64,000 nucleotides of DNA from Bilabrum cf. latius (lineage: Eukaryota). A program made the position numbers and the translations under genes. The notes beneath the pieces were generated by a model. The model saw only the letters and a list, made by a program, of their open reading frames with translations, made no database searches and had not been told where the DNA came from. How positions within the stretch are numbered: position 1 is the first letter of the stretch; each line of letters opens with the position of its first letter. This document shows positions 25,386 through 38,092 of the stretch, piece by piece. Location of the stretch: assembly GCA_965178125.1 (NCBI GenBank), contig OZ237756.1, forward strand, positions 558,001 to 622,000, read 5' to 3'.

Positions 25386-26783
25386 TGGTGGCGGCATCAC
25401 TCTTGAACGGGCGTTCTGGCGCAAAGCAAAGGATGTGACCGATGAGTTCAGAGCTCTTGAATGCGGCGAGTCTACGTGCGGAAGGGAAGGGAAGGGAAGT
25501 TAACTCAGGTTTCAAGTTATCCGGAGTGCCGACAGTGCAGCAGAGGAGTGTCTCAGGAAATACGCGCCATTGCCCGTGGGTCTCCAGTCTAACCAGATAC
25601 CTGCGTGGGGTGCTGGTCGGGTGCAGTGCACTGTGGTGGGAGGCCGTGGCCACGTTGAGGGGCAAGGGTTCAGGAGCAGCAGCGGAAGGAGTGTTGCCGC
25701 AGTGATCAGGTGCAAGCTGGCGGTCAGGCTGCTGGGGATAGTCGAAGAGGAAATCAAAGTATGTTTCTTTGGGTCAGGGGGCTAGAAACGTGCACGGATA
25801 CAAGGATGGTGTTTTGGGTAGCTGGAAGGGACAGGCCCGGGGAGCTGGTGGAACGGCTGTGGGTGGGCTAGCTACATGGTTGTTGGGTACTCTCCGTGCG
25901 GGATGCTCCATTGCGAGAGCAGTAGAGGAGGTGACTACCCTCTGTAGGTAACCCGGATGTGGGGGGGGGGGGGGACGAAAGGGTACCACTGGAATGTAAG
26001 GGCAAGAATGCGGTGGCTCTGCGAGCTTTACTGTGGGGATACCACACTTTTTAATAGTAAATGCCGTTCAACATGGCAAATTGTACCAGCTGTAGCATAA
26101 CCGCCCGCACACTGAGGGTGTTGTGTGCTAAAGATCCAAGTTTGGGTGTGCGTCATGCAAATAAGTCGTGCCAACCTGAGGGCACGTGCTGCCATAGCCA
26201 GTGCGCGCATGGTGTAATGTGCGCCGCACTGTGCGGCTAACCGTGGATCCGGATGTCAATGCACTACTAGCCGTCTAAGCATCACACCAAAAAAAATAGT
26301 TCTCTTGTCTTTGTGCTCAAGTAACTAAGATGTCAGATGCCTAAAGGACGGACTGAATCCTCATCCTTGGATCAGTAGTCCTGCAGGTTTACTGTTGAAA
26401 TCCCCTTGGCCGTGTCCTCTTCTCGTTGACAGCCCTGGACCTGCACGCCCCCGAGCCCTACTGGCTGGCTCGGGCCTGTCAACGCCCCTTCGTCGTCTCC
26501 GCCACACGTCTGGTACCGCACTCAGGGCCCACTTCCCTCCCCTTGCATCCGTTCACGTTGGAATCCTACAGCCCCCCCGGGCCTATCCGCCGCGCTCGGT
26601 CTCAATCCTGCAACGCATCGCATCCCATCCACTTTAATTTCTCTGTCCACCGATATCGACTGTCCACCCCCCACTTGCCCGCTCAGTTTGGCCGCTCTGC
26701 CGTATTGCTATTGCTGCTGTTCTCCACCTGCTGGGCACCCGTCGGGGAGGCGGGGGGGCACCGAATGCAGAGTCTGCACTTGT

Positions 26784-27522
26784 ACCTAGACTACAGATCA
26801 GATTTGTTCCTTCAACCACACCCATTGGCTCCTCTTCACGGCTGCTGCAAACCCCACTGGTTGGCAGTCACCAAAAAGAAAGTTCCTGCCCCCGCTCCCG
26901 CACACTCACTGGGCTTCACCCCGAACGACTGGTTCTTCACCAGTCCACCTGAATGCGGTATTCATCTGACATTACGAATTAACACGCCACTTTCACAATG
27001 CACACGACTGGCCTCGTCGCTACATGGCTGCCTGTTCCTGTCCCCCGCCCTAGGGACCGTGTGCTTTGCTCCCTGCATTGCCACCTTGGCCATATCCTTT
27101 CAGGTTGCACGCGACGGTCCTGGTATCCCGAGGATTCAGGAGATAGAGTCTGATTCGTTGTTGACGTCAAATGAGATAATAAGCGTCTGTGCGATGAGGA
27201 TGGCTCTGCGAAGAAGCTTTCATGGAAGTCACGATGTCATAGCCGACCTGCCGTGCGTCCCATCTGTCCATCCATCTGTTGGCCCTCTGTGCGCTGTTGG
27301 CCATGCAGCCCGCCGCCACTCGCGTCTCCGTCGTGCCTTGCACCTGGAGCCCCATTCCTCCCGTTTTGTTCTCCCTGTTGACACCGCACTATCGTCGCCT
27401 GTGCCGGTGTCCCCCTCTTCTTCTCCACCTTCTGTCCTCCTGCGCCCACCTCGTCTTCCTGCTCACCTCTTGCACCTCTGCTCCCCGTCGTTTCAATCCT
27501 GATGTCCAAGTACATATAACAG
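26784..27522. repeat. Dispersed repeat, copy 2, with a ~120-bp extra segment (27123-27242)
   Basis: Similarity to 17859-18465. Confidence 0.88.
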
Positions 27523-28151
27523 CAAACCTCCTGTGCTCTGCTGCTGCACCCTTCCCCGGCGGAGCCCTCACTGCCGTCTCATAGACCGGGAGACGTCTTC
27601 CATCCCGTTAGGTGCAACAGTGCCAGTTTGGACTAGGCTGGCACCGAGTCATTCACCCGTCTACTCCAACCATTACAACACATGCCTGATGCATCTGAAG
27701 CTCCAAAATACTTTTTCTGCACATGTCGTTTACAGTTCAGTTGGCATGAGAGGGGAAAAGAGACCGAGTTTGGTGCTTCCACTGGCAGTATTCACTCTCG
27801 CCATGCGTACACCTGCATGTGCATGCTCCAGGTCAGATTCAGCTAAACTTCTCGGATACACAGCGAGAAGCACTGGATCATGCATCAAAATACTAGACTA
27901 TGGCTCGGGAACCATAGGATGCAGTGCATTCTTGCGAACCGTGAATCATTGCAGTGCGTGGTCAGCGACGCCGCCGGAACAATACACGAAGTTTAAATAT
28001 GACAAGAACTCACACTTACCTAAAATAATAAAATCAAACAGAATATTGATGAATATATCGACATCAATGCCTAATATTATAGTTGAAGTATAATAATTGA
28101 AATTGACAATTCTAAAAAAAAAGAAAAGGAAAACACACCTAGAATTAAAAA

Positions 28152-28232
28152 TGTCTGCTGAGGGGTTCGAACCCTCGCGGGCGAACCCAACCGTGCTTGA
28201 AACGGTCACCTTAACCACTCGGTCAAACAGAC
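28152..28232 (-). tRNA. tRNA-Leu(CAA)
   Basis: GTCTGTT TGACCGAGTGGTTAAGGTG ACCGT-TTCAAGC-ACGGT, long variable arm, GAGGG-TTCGAAC-CCCTC, AGCAGAC-A: a full cloverleaf followed by a T-run. Confidence 0.93.
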
Positions 28233-31200
28233 TTCTACTCCGGGGGCGGATCACAGGTATACAGACAAGAGGAGTTGTCCATTTATGGCCAGTCCTCACC
28301 ACGGAAAGAAGCATGCATCAGCCCAATTCACGCAAAGTTGGGTCAAAATGGGCACTTAAACAATGTTGTGCTGGAGTTTGCATGGGAAAATGGTAAAGGC
28401 GGCGAAAAACCTGTCAGTGCGTGTGGCACAGGCATGGCCAGCCCGGCCGCCGTGTGCACTAGAACTTCTTTTTGAACGGTAGTCATCCGATCCAGATCCA
28501 CCGGACGAACTATTTGCGTTAGTAGTCCACCATTGAATGGATCCCCCCCCTTGGTAAGGCCAGATGCTCTGCGCATCAATCTGCCTTTAGTCATAGCCCG
28601 TTTTGCACAGGCACTTGCGGCATGGCTGCGGCTGGGCACAATCCAAGGAGGATCAAGCGAGCTGCTGACATGCGCGCGGCAGAAGGACCAACTGAAGACG
28701 TGTATGTCTAGGTACGGTGTGAATTGGGGCATGGGCTGGAGTGGACTGCAGGGGTGGGCAAATGCAGGGATGGGCAAATGCAGTGGTATTGCTTGCGATA
28801 CAATTGCAACAGAATCGGATAGATATGGACAGTCATATGTATGCTTGACCCTCTAAGCAACCACGCAGCATTTTTCCCCTAACGCGGTCTCTCCCACTGC
28901 CCGTGTCCCCCAGCTCTGCCCAGAGCCCCTGCAGCACCATCACGCAGTCTGTCTCTCCCACTGCTCGTGTCCCGCAGCTCTGCCCAGAGCCCCTGCAGCA
29001 CCATCACGCAGTCTGTCTCTCCCACTGCCCGTGTCCCCCAGCTCTGCCCAGAGCCCCTGCAGCACCATCACGCAGTCTGTCTCTCCCACTGCTCGTGTCC
29101 CCCAGCTCTGCCCAGAGCCCCTGGAGCACCATCACGCAGTCTGTCTCTCCCACTGCTCGTGTCCCCCAGCTCTGCCCAGAGCCCCTGCAGCACCATCACG
29201 CAGTCTGTCTCTCCCACTGCTCGTGTCCCCCAGCTCTGCCCAGAGCCCCTGCAGCACCATCACGCAGTCTGTCTCTCCCACTGCTCGTGTCCCCCAGCTC
29301 TGCCCCGAGCCCCTGCAGCACCATCACGCAGTCTGTCTCTCCCACTGCTCGTGTCCCCCAGCTCTGCCCCGAGCCCCTGCAGCACCATCACGCAGTCTGT
29401 CTCTCCCACTGCTCGTGTCCCCCAGCTCTGCCCCGAGCCCCTGCAGCACCATCACGCAGTCTGTCTCTCCCACTGCCCGTGTCCCCCAGCTCTGCCCAGA
29501 GCCCCTGCAGCACCATCACGCAGTCTGTCTCTCCCACTGCTCGTGTCCCCCAGCTCTGCCCAGAGCCCCTGCAGCACCATCACGCAGTCTGTCTCTCCCA
29601 CTGCTCGTGTCCCCCAGCTCTGCCCAGAGCCCCTGGAGCACCATCACGCAGTCTGTCTCTCCCACTGCTCGTGTCCCCCAGCTCTGCCCCGAGCCCCTGC
29701 AGCACCATCACGCAGTCTGTCTCTCCCACTGCCCGTGTCCCCCAGCTCTGCCCCGAGCCCCTGCAGCACCATCACGCAGTCTGTCTCTCCCACTGCCCGT
29801 GTCCCCCAGCTCTGCCCCGAGCCCCTGCAGCACCATCACGCAGTCTGTCTCTCCCACTGCTCGTGTCCCCCAGCTCTGCCCAGAGCCCCTGCAGCACCAT
29901 CACGCAGTCTGTCTCTCCCACTGCTCGTGTCCCCCAGCTCTGCCCCGAGCCCCTGCAGCACCATCACGCAGTCTGTCTCTCCCACTGCTCGTGTCCCCCA
30001 GCTCTGCCCCGAGCCCCTGCAGCACCATCACGCAGTCTGTCTCTCCCACTGCCCGTGTCCCCCAGCTCTGCCCAGAGTCCGTGGAGCACCATCAAGTGAT
30101 CATTCCCCTCCCATGTCCCCCAGCTCTGCCCAGAGCCCCTGCAGCACCATCACGCAGTCTGTCTCTCCCACTGCCCGTGTCCCCCAGCTCTGCCCCGAGC
30201 CCCTGCAGCACCATCACGCAGTCTGTCTCTCCCACTGCTCGTGTCCCCCAGCTCTGCCACGAGCCCCTGCAGCACCATCACGCAGTCTGTCTCTCCCACT
30301 GCTCGTGTCCCCCAGCTCTGCCCAGAGCCCCTGCAGCACCATCACGCAGTCTGTCTCTCCCACTGCTCGTGTCCCCCAGCTCTGCCCAGAGCCCCTGCAG
30401 CACCATCACGCAGTCTGTCTCTCCCACTGCTCGTGTCCCCCAGCTCTGCCCCGAGCCCCTGCAGCACCATCACGCAGTCTGTCTCTCCCACTGCTCGTGT
30501 CCCCCAGCTCTGCCCCAAGCCCCTGCAGCACCATCACGCAGTCTGTCTCTCCCACTGCCCGTGTCCCCCAGCTCTGCCCAGAGCCCCTGCAGCACCATCA
30601 CGCAGTCTGTCTCTCCCACTGCTCGTGTCCCCCAGCTCTGCCCCGAGCCCCTGCAGCACCATCACGCAGTCTGTCTCTCCCACTGCTCGTGTCCCCCAGC
30701 TCTGCCCCGAGCCCCTGCAGCACCATCACGCAGTCTGTCTCTCCCACTGCTCGTGTCCCCCAGCTCTGCCCCGAGCCCCTGCAGCACCATCACGCAGTCT
30801 GTCTCTCCCACTGCCCGTGTCCCCCAGCTCTGCCCCGAGCCCCTGCAGCACCATCACGCAGTCTGTCTCTCCCACTGCTCGTGTTCCCCAGCTCTGCCCC
30901 GAGCCCCTGCAGCACCATCACGCAGTCTGTCTCTCCCACTGCTCGTGTCCCCCAGCTCTGCCCCGAGCCCCTGCAGCACCATCACGCAGTCTGTCTCTCC
31001 CACTGCTCGTGTCCCCCAGCTCTGCCCCGAGCCCCTGCAGCACCATCACGCAGTCTGTCTCTCCCACTGCCCGTGTCCCCCAGCTCTGCCCCGAGCCCCT
31101 GCAGCACCATCACGCAGTCTGTCTCTCCCACTGCCCGTGTCCCCCAGCTCTGCCCAGAGCCCCTGGAGCACCATCACGCAGTCTGTCTCTCCCACTGCCC

Positions 31201-32811
31201 GTGTCCCCCAGCTCTGCCCCGAGCCCCTGCAGCACCATCACGCAGTCTGTCTCTCCCACTGCTCGTGTCCCCCAGCTCTGCCCAGAGCCCCTGCAGCACC
31301 ATCACGCAGTCTGTCTCTCCCACTGCTCGTGTCCCCCAGCTCTGCCCAGAGCCCCTGCAGCACCATCACGCAGTCTGTCTCTCCCACTGCTCGTGTCCCC
31401 CAGCTCTGCCCCGAGCCCCTGCAGCACCATCACGCAGTCTGTCTCTCCCACTGCTCGTGTCCCCCAGCTCTGCCCCGAGCCCCTGCAGCACCATCACGCA
31501 GTCTGTCTCTCCCACTGCTCGTGTCCCCCAGCTCTGCCCCGAGCCCCTGCAGCACCATCACGCAGTCTGTCTCTCCCACTGCTCGTGTCCCCCAGCTCTG
31601 CCCCGAGCCCCTGCAGCACCATCACGCAGTCTGTCTCTCCCACTGCCCGTGTTCCCCAGCTCTGCCCAGAGCCCCTGCAGCACCATCACGCAGTCTGTCT
31701 CTCCCACTGCTCGTGTCCCCCAGCTCTGCCCCGAGCCCCTGCAGCACCATCACGCAGTCTGTCTCTCCCACTGCCCGTGTCCCCCAGCTCTGCCCCGAGC
31801 CCCTGCAGCACCATCACGCAGTCTGTCTGGGCAGAGCTGGGGGACACGAGCAGTGGGAGAGACAGACTGCGTGATGGTGCTGCAGGGGCTCGGGGCAGAG
31901 CTGGGGGACACGAGCAGTGGGAGAGACAGACTGCGTGATGGTGCTGCAGGGGCTCTGGGCAGAGCTGGGGGACACGAGCAGTGGGAGAGACAGACTGCGT
32001 GATGGTGCTCCAGGGGCTCTGGGCAGAGCTGGGGGACACGAGCAGTGGGAGAGACAGACTGCGTGATGGTGCTGCAGGGGCTCTGGGCAGAGCTGGGGGA
32101 CACGAGCAGTGGGAGAGACCGCGTTAGGGGAAAAATGCTGCGTGGTTGCTTAGAGGGTCAAGCATACATATGACTGTCCATATCTATCCGATTCTGTTGC
32201 AATTGTATCGCAAGCAATACCACTGCATTTGCCCATCCCTGCATTTGCTCACCCCTGCAGCCCACTCCAGCCCATGCCCCAATTCACACCGTACCTAGAC
32301 ATTCACGTTTTCACTTTAAGTTGGTCCTTCTGCCGCGCGCATGTCAGCAGCTCGCTTGATCCTCCTTGGATTGTGCCCAGCCGCAGCCATGCCGCAAGTG
32401 CCTGTGCAAAACGGGCTATGACTAAAGGCTGATTGATGCGCTGAGCATCTGGCCTTACCAAGGGGGGGGATCCATTCAATGGTGGACTACTAACGCAAAT
32501 AGTTCGTCCGGTGGATCTGGATCGGATGACTACCGTTCAAAAAGAAGTTCTAGTGCACACGGCGGCCGGGCTGGCCATGCCTGTGCCACACGCACTGACA
32601 GGTTTTTCGCCGCCTTTACCATTTTCCCATGCAAACTCCAGCACAACATTGTTTAAGTGCCCATTTTGACCCAACTTTGCGTGAATTGGGCTGATGCATG
32701 CTTCTTTCCGTGGTGAGGACTGGCCATAAATGGACAACTCCTCTTGTCTGTATACCTGTGATCCGCCCCCGGAGTAGAAGTCTGTTTGACCGAGTGGTTA
32801 AGGTGACCGTT
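28201..32811. repeat. Large foldback: ~690-bp unique inverted arms enclosing head-to-head 64-bp satellite arrays
   Basis: 28201-28890 is the reverse complement of ~32115-32811 with a few substitutions and indels. The 64-bp unit runs forward 28885-31827 (~46 copies) and reverse 31828-32119 (~4.5 copies). Confidence 0.93.
32780..32811 (+). pseudogene. 5' fragment of tRNA-Leu, ending in the anticodon loop
   Basis: GTCTGTTTGACCGAGTGGTTAAGGTGACCGTT is identical to the 5' part of the tRNA at 28152-28232. Confidence 0.85.
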
Positions 32812-34020
32812 GCCCCGATTTGAAACGCACTCTACCCTACTTTTCTAGTTGTAGGTGAAACTACAGCCAAGTACTACGGTCACGAAAGCAAGCCGAGCTC
32901 GAACGGCAACTCGCCGAAGGCACCCCTACTAGGCGCTAATACAGGTAGCTTTGCATGCCCAATACTTAATACTAAGGTGGTTGCCGATTGTGTTATCCAG
33001 GTCTCAAGTCATGTAAATAACTTGAAGATGATGTTAAAGCGTATCCGATCCGATTGCTCCTCGTTGAAATTGCTCGTATTGACTACGAGATTCCTTATTT
33101 CTGCATGCACAACAGACCGCATTGTGTACGGAGCTATTAACCTAGACGTATACTCGTAGTAAGGTTTGGTTGCTGCACGTGTGATTCTGCTCGCTTATTG
33201 GCTTCGCACCGGCGGCCATCTGCATTGATTCAGTTGGCCTGGTCTATCCTGCATCACGCACGCATGTGGTTTTGAGAGTTCATGATGAAATTTCATGATC
33301 ATAAGAGCGCGTGACACCATGCCGTGAATCCGCGATATGGACCCGAACCAGCCGCCTCGAGTTTGAATAGAAATCAAGCCGCAAAAAGGGTGTGTGGAGG
33401 CAGCCGCGGGCCATGGGGAGCCCTGCCTCGGCAACGCTGTTACCCGTTGCGAGGTGGCTCGAATCAACGCCGCCCGATGCGTGCCCGCCTCTTCTGATCT
33501 CACCCGCCGAACTGCCCCAACCGCCACCGGACCGAGCAGCACCCAAAGACGATACCCGAAAGCCTCCGTAAAAGATAGACGCTCCTCCTGCTTCTTCTTT
33601 TTCTTTAAAATAGGCATCGTCTAGGAATGATACAGGTCCAGCGGCGGCATGTGGAGTCAGCCGGCACACGTCGGGCGCAGACAGAGGAGAAGCGCAGGCA
33701 CGCAGCAGGAGGCACGAGAGTTGCGCTGGCACGGCAGCCGAAGCAGCCAGTGCCCCAAGGGTGGGAAGCAGGGGGCAAGACCACCGAGCGCAGCTGTTGG
33801 CGAAATGCAATAACGCCTAGTCCGGTTAGGGTGTTCGGGCAGGCAAGCCGCCCGAATCGCAATGCAGACGTGGACATCAACAACTGTGGCGGTTTGAATT
33901 CAAACGGAATCGGAAGTGTACGACTGGTTGCAAGCGTTTTCGCGCATTCGCATGCCACGTCAATTACAATCGTCACACACATCATCCACCCCACAGCCTC
34001 AATATCCGTTAGTTGAGCCT

Positions 34021-34960
34021 TCACTTTTCCTCACCCAATTCTTCCTTTCCCTCTCCTGGCGCCGCCCCGCCCTCCACCTCCACCTCCCCCCACCGCCGCC
34101 GATTCGCGGCGACCAAGGCCGCCCGCTGCTCCGAGGTTGCAACCGGTACCAGGCTGCCGAGGGAGCCGTCCATCCCTGCCCAGCCCGGCGAAAAGTTTCC
34201 CCGGGTGACGTCAGTCCACGCCCAGTAGTACTAGTAGTAGGCCCAATACGGGCCGAGCCCCACCCCGGCGGCGTCGGCAAGCGCCTGTGCGGCGGCCGCG
34301 CGCCCAGGGACCGTTTTCGGCTCCGAAGTATCCGCGGGCCGTTTGGCCCCGCTGCTGCCCCAGATGGCCGACGCCGGCAGCGGCGCCGCGCAATCCCCAG
34401 CGGTTCCGCTGAAGCAGAGGGGCGCGCAGTCGCTCGCAAGCGAGTAGGACGCGTAGAAGACTGTCCTGTCCCTGTCGCTGCCGTTGGGATCTGACCTGTG
34501 AGGGGTCCGCCCGGTGAACACGTACACGTCCCCAGGGCCCGTCTCCAGGTGCTCGTACCTCAACCCGGAATCAAAATCCTCGGGGAGCTCGCTCTCGGTG
34601 CCCCTGGCCTCGTCGGCCACCAGCTCGGGTCCCGTGTGCGCCCCCCTGGCCACCTGAATGGCGCTGTTCTCGACGTCCGACGCGTCAAAGCTGATCGCGA
34701 CGTTCACCACGCGGCTCGCAAACCTGTGCCACCCGTAGGTCAAATCGACGTGGGGGGTGAACCCTGGCCCGCCCGGGAGCTTGAGGACGAGCTTGTCCTT
34801 GAGCAGGCAGACCCTCTCGTGCTCGTCCATCGAGGGGGCTGCAGCGGCTGCATCGGCGTCGACTCTCCCGTTTTGCTCGCTTATTCGGATGGCCTACAGC
34901 GCCTGTCGTGCGATAGAGACGCACCGCCTGTCGAGCGCGAGGCGAAACAGGCGGCCGTAG
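34021..34960 (-). CDS. Phytanoyl-CoA dioxygenase (PhyH)-family gene, 3' part; 5' part displaced by the virophage insertion
   Basis: KDKLVLKLPGGPGFTPHVD (HxD), AISFDASDVENSAIQV, PGDVYVF...PHRSDPN...R. The frame is open (two TAGs) from the viral junction to TGA 34021-34023. Confidence 0.8.
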
Positions 34961-35061
34961 TGTTATCCGCCAAAATGTGTGTAGTTTTTATATAAGTAAA
35001 CTCTATTTCTACTATATAGTAGAAATAGAGTTATCATAACTTCACATTTTGGCGGATAACA
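34961..35061. repeat. Terminal 101-bp imperfect palindrome
   Basis: TGTTATCCGCCAAAATGTG (34961-34979) pairs with CACATTTTGGCGGATAACA (35043-35061). Inner perfect 34-bp palindrome at 34999-35032. Confidence 0.92.
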
Positions 35062-36633
35062 TATGAGGTCAATAATAACCACTTTACAACATCTTAAGCC
35101 GTAGTCCTTCATTATGTCCTTCACTTGAATATAATAATTTAATCGCTATTTATTCATATATCTACCTAATTTAATACCTTCGCGCCGTTAATGTCTATCT
35201 GTTAGACCTTCATTTGACTTAATCTGTTGAGTAAATCTCTAGCCTAAGTCTTAGGATATGCCCGCCCGAAATTGCGGAAATATATAGTCATTTAAGAATA
35301 TATGTTCGCAATTCTGGGCGCGTAGGTGTATTGAGTTTTATATTATGATTTGGTTTTAAGTATCAATTGACATTTACCACTTTAGAAAATAACTAAATAA
35401 ATACTTAAAGAGATTGACAGAAGTATTAAAGTCTTTTTAATACTTCCAATGAAAAATTTAAATTAATAAATAAAACTAAACTAATATCAACTTAATTTAT
35501 CTCTTTTTTTATTACTTGTCAATCTATACTTAAATAATTGAATATTTAAATATAACTAGAAGGAGATATTAATCACTTTATAAAGTCTTTTATATGTCAT
35601 CTCTTCAAAACTTCAAATATAAGGGTATCCCCTTAAAAATACATCCTTTAATCTATCGCCCGAAATTGCGGTAATATTATAGCTATTCAAGATATATTTC
35701 TGCAATTCTGGGCGCGTAGGTGTATTGATTTTTATTTTTCATAATTCTTTAAATATGTTTAAGTCCTTTGTTTGAGTATATGATATAAAGGAATACAAAA
35801 CGGGATAACTTAAAAATGACTCAATGAACTGGTTTATGTCAAGTGTATTACTTTGAAATGATTAATCACTAGATTAAATGGAAAATATAGGATAATTAAA
35901 TATGGTATAGTATAATACTAGCGCCCGAAATTGCGGTAATATATTAGGATATTAAGATATATTGTCGCAATTCTGGGCGCGTAGGTGTATTGAGTTTTAT
36001 ATTTTGTTAATTTTGACATAGTTATCTTATAGAGGTGTAATTTTGTAATAAAGATATTTCTAGTATGTGCTATATTAAATGTCCAGAAATGACGGCCCGA
36101 AATTGCGGAAATATATAAGTATTCTAGAAATTATGTCCGCAATTCTGGGCGCTTAGGTGTCTTCAATAATTAATAATCAACTACTTCTTTATTTTGATTA
36201 ATTTTTTTGACTTACCGTTCATTTTATTGACCACTTAACGGGATATCACAAAAAGACTTAACCACTTGACGAGATATTTTAAAATAACTAATAATAAATA
36301 TGACCGCCCCAAATTGTATCTCCAGATATGACCGCCCCAAATTGCGGAAATATATAAGTATCAAGAAAATTATGTTTGCAATTCTGGGCGCTCACCCGTA
36401 TTCAATTTTACATATTCACTAAGTCATACCACTTGAAGTGGTCCATTTGATCTTGTGTTCATATTTAGAATGTCCTTTAACTTGTATCAATGTATTGAGT
36501 ACTTCTTCTAACTAGTCCTTAACAAATGATTTTGTCTTATGATATGTCTTGGTAGTCTTCACCTATTTAATAACTAATTTACAAGTCTTACCGACAATAT
36601 ACTAAGTTAATAAATCTTGTATCATAATATATT

Positions 36634-37041
36634 ATGTATGAGATAATTATTGATGGATTCAAATATAAACCCTCTACTCGTAGAAATAAGAAATATGATG
36701 TATTCAAAAATGGTAAGTATATCACTAGCTTTGGTGATGCACGATATGCTCAATACTTTGATTTGATTGGTAAGTATGGAGATAATAACCATATTGACCC
36801 TAAAAGACGACGCCTATACTACCGAAGACACGGGAAGACTACCGATACTAATAGCTCAAAATATCACAGTCATAAAATCTTATGGGGAAGTGATAATGCT
36901 ATTAAGGACTACTTAACAAAACTAGCCAATGGAGTATTAGATGTAAAAAGGTATGTTAAAGGGGATACTTTGGAAAAATGGTTAGATGACTATAGGTCTA
37001 AAGTGGACGCAAGACTGAAACAATTAAAAATATTAAATTAA
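36634..37041 (+). CDS. Small basic viral protein of a family common in NCLDVs and virophages (DUF5754-like)
   Basis: PSTRRNKKYDV...SFGD.RY.QY...D.KRR..Y..RH motif, recognised from memory. Confidence 0.6.
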   Translation: MYEIIIDGFKYKPSTRRNKKYDVFKNGKYITSFGDARYAQYFDLIGKYGDNNHIDPKRRRLYYRRHGKTTDTNSSKYHSHKILWGSDNAIKDYLTKLANGVLDVKRYVKGDTLEKWLDDYRSKVDARLKQLKILN

Positions 37042-37198
37042 AAAGTCAATACGCCTACGCGCCCAGAATTGCGAAAATATATCTTGAATAGCTATAATAT
37101 TACCGCAATTTCGGGCGCCCAAATTTGAATCGAGCTTAAGACATCTCGTTTAATTAGACTTAAAAATAATATATTATTATAGTATATACTATATTATA

Positions 37199-37732
37199 AT
37201 GTGCTATAAATGTCGTAACTTCATAATCAATAAGCTAAAGATTAATGACTGGAATAAGATAGCCCCTCTATTAATACCAGCTGGAGAGACTAGAGAAGAA
37301 GACGGAAAGTGTATCTGTGATCACCAAATTAAGGAAGTTCATTTCGTTGAGTATCCCCCAACTGGTGATATATTTAAATTAGGTTCTGAATGTATTAATA
37401 ACACATTCGAAAAGGATCATGATGTGTATAAGGCTTGTATGTATAAGACTTGTGATGTATGCTCTTGTGTTGTTAAACGTAGTAGCTGGAAAAGTCATAT
37501 TAAATCCATTAAACACGAATTAAATAAAGACATATTAAAAGATAAGAGTAGATGCACTGATTGCGATGAGTTCATTGAAAAACATAAATATAAAAAGACT
37601 TGTCTTAGTTGTTATAATAAAAAGAGGAAATACTCACAATGTAAGAAATGTGAAAAGTATCTTATTAAACCAGGAGCCACTTTCTGGTTTTGTTATGACT
37701 GTAACTAGAAGAGAAAGAAATATAAGAAATAA
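37199..37732 (+). CDS. Cys-rich zinc-finger protein
   Basis: Multiple CxxC pairs and a C2H2-like CDVC...H.KSIKH. TAG at 37706 is read through to TAA. Confidence 0.7.
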
Positions 37733-37772
37733 TGTTTAATTTACGCCAACATATTATATCGTCTTTATATAT

Positions 37773-38006
37773 ATGTACGACTTGAAAATTATAATGTCTC
37801 CCAAGTTTTTAAAAGCTTGTAAAAATAATAAAGTTATTGAAAAGGCTATAAAAGCTATTGAAGACAATTTAAAAGATGAAATTAAATTATGTTTTGATGG
37901 CAATGAGTGGGATATGTCAAATGGATCATAGACTCTTTTTTATAATCTTCAAAGTAAAGAAGAACGAGAAGAAATATTAAAGAAAAATGGAACAATTACA
38001 ACATAA
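37773..38006 (+). CDS. Hypothetical protein (77 aa)
   Basis: Preceded by the CGCCA...TATATAT motif; one internal TAG; TAA stop. Confidence 0.5.
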
Positions 38007-38092
38007 ACAACTAGAAGAAATAACAGAAGACAATATGTTATAAAATCGTTTAATTAACGCCAAAATTTATATCTACTATATATATAGTAAAT

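Noticed and set aside
24725-25665. ORFs of 170-280 aa
   Set aside because: Mostly translation of the 39/42-bp tandem repeat.
28903-32103. Long ORFs of 400-1000 aa
   Set aside because: These are translations of a stop-free 64-bp satellite, open in all three frames.
33195-34016. Overlapping ORFs on both strands
   Set aside because: No recognisable motif, and I cannot choose a frame from the sequence alone.
35263-36404. CRISPR array
   Set aside because: The repeats are 72 bp, the spacers are 100-320 bp and irregular, copies are dispersed in both orientations, there are no cas genes, and the context is eukaryotic.
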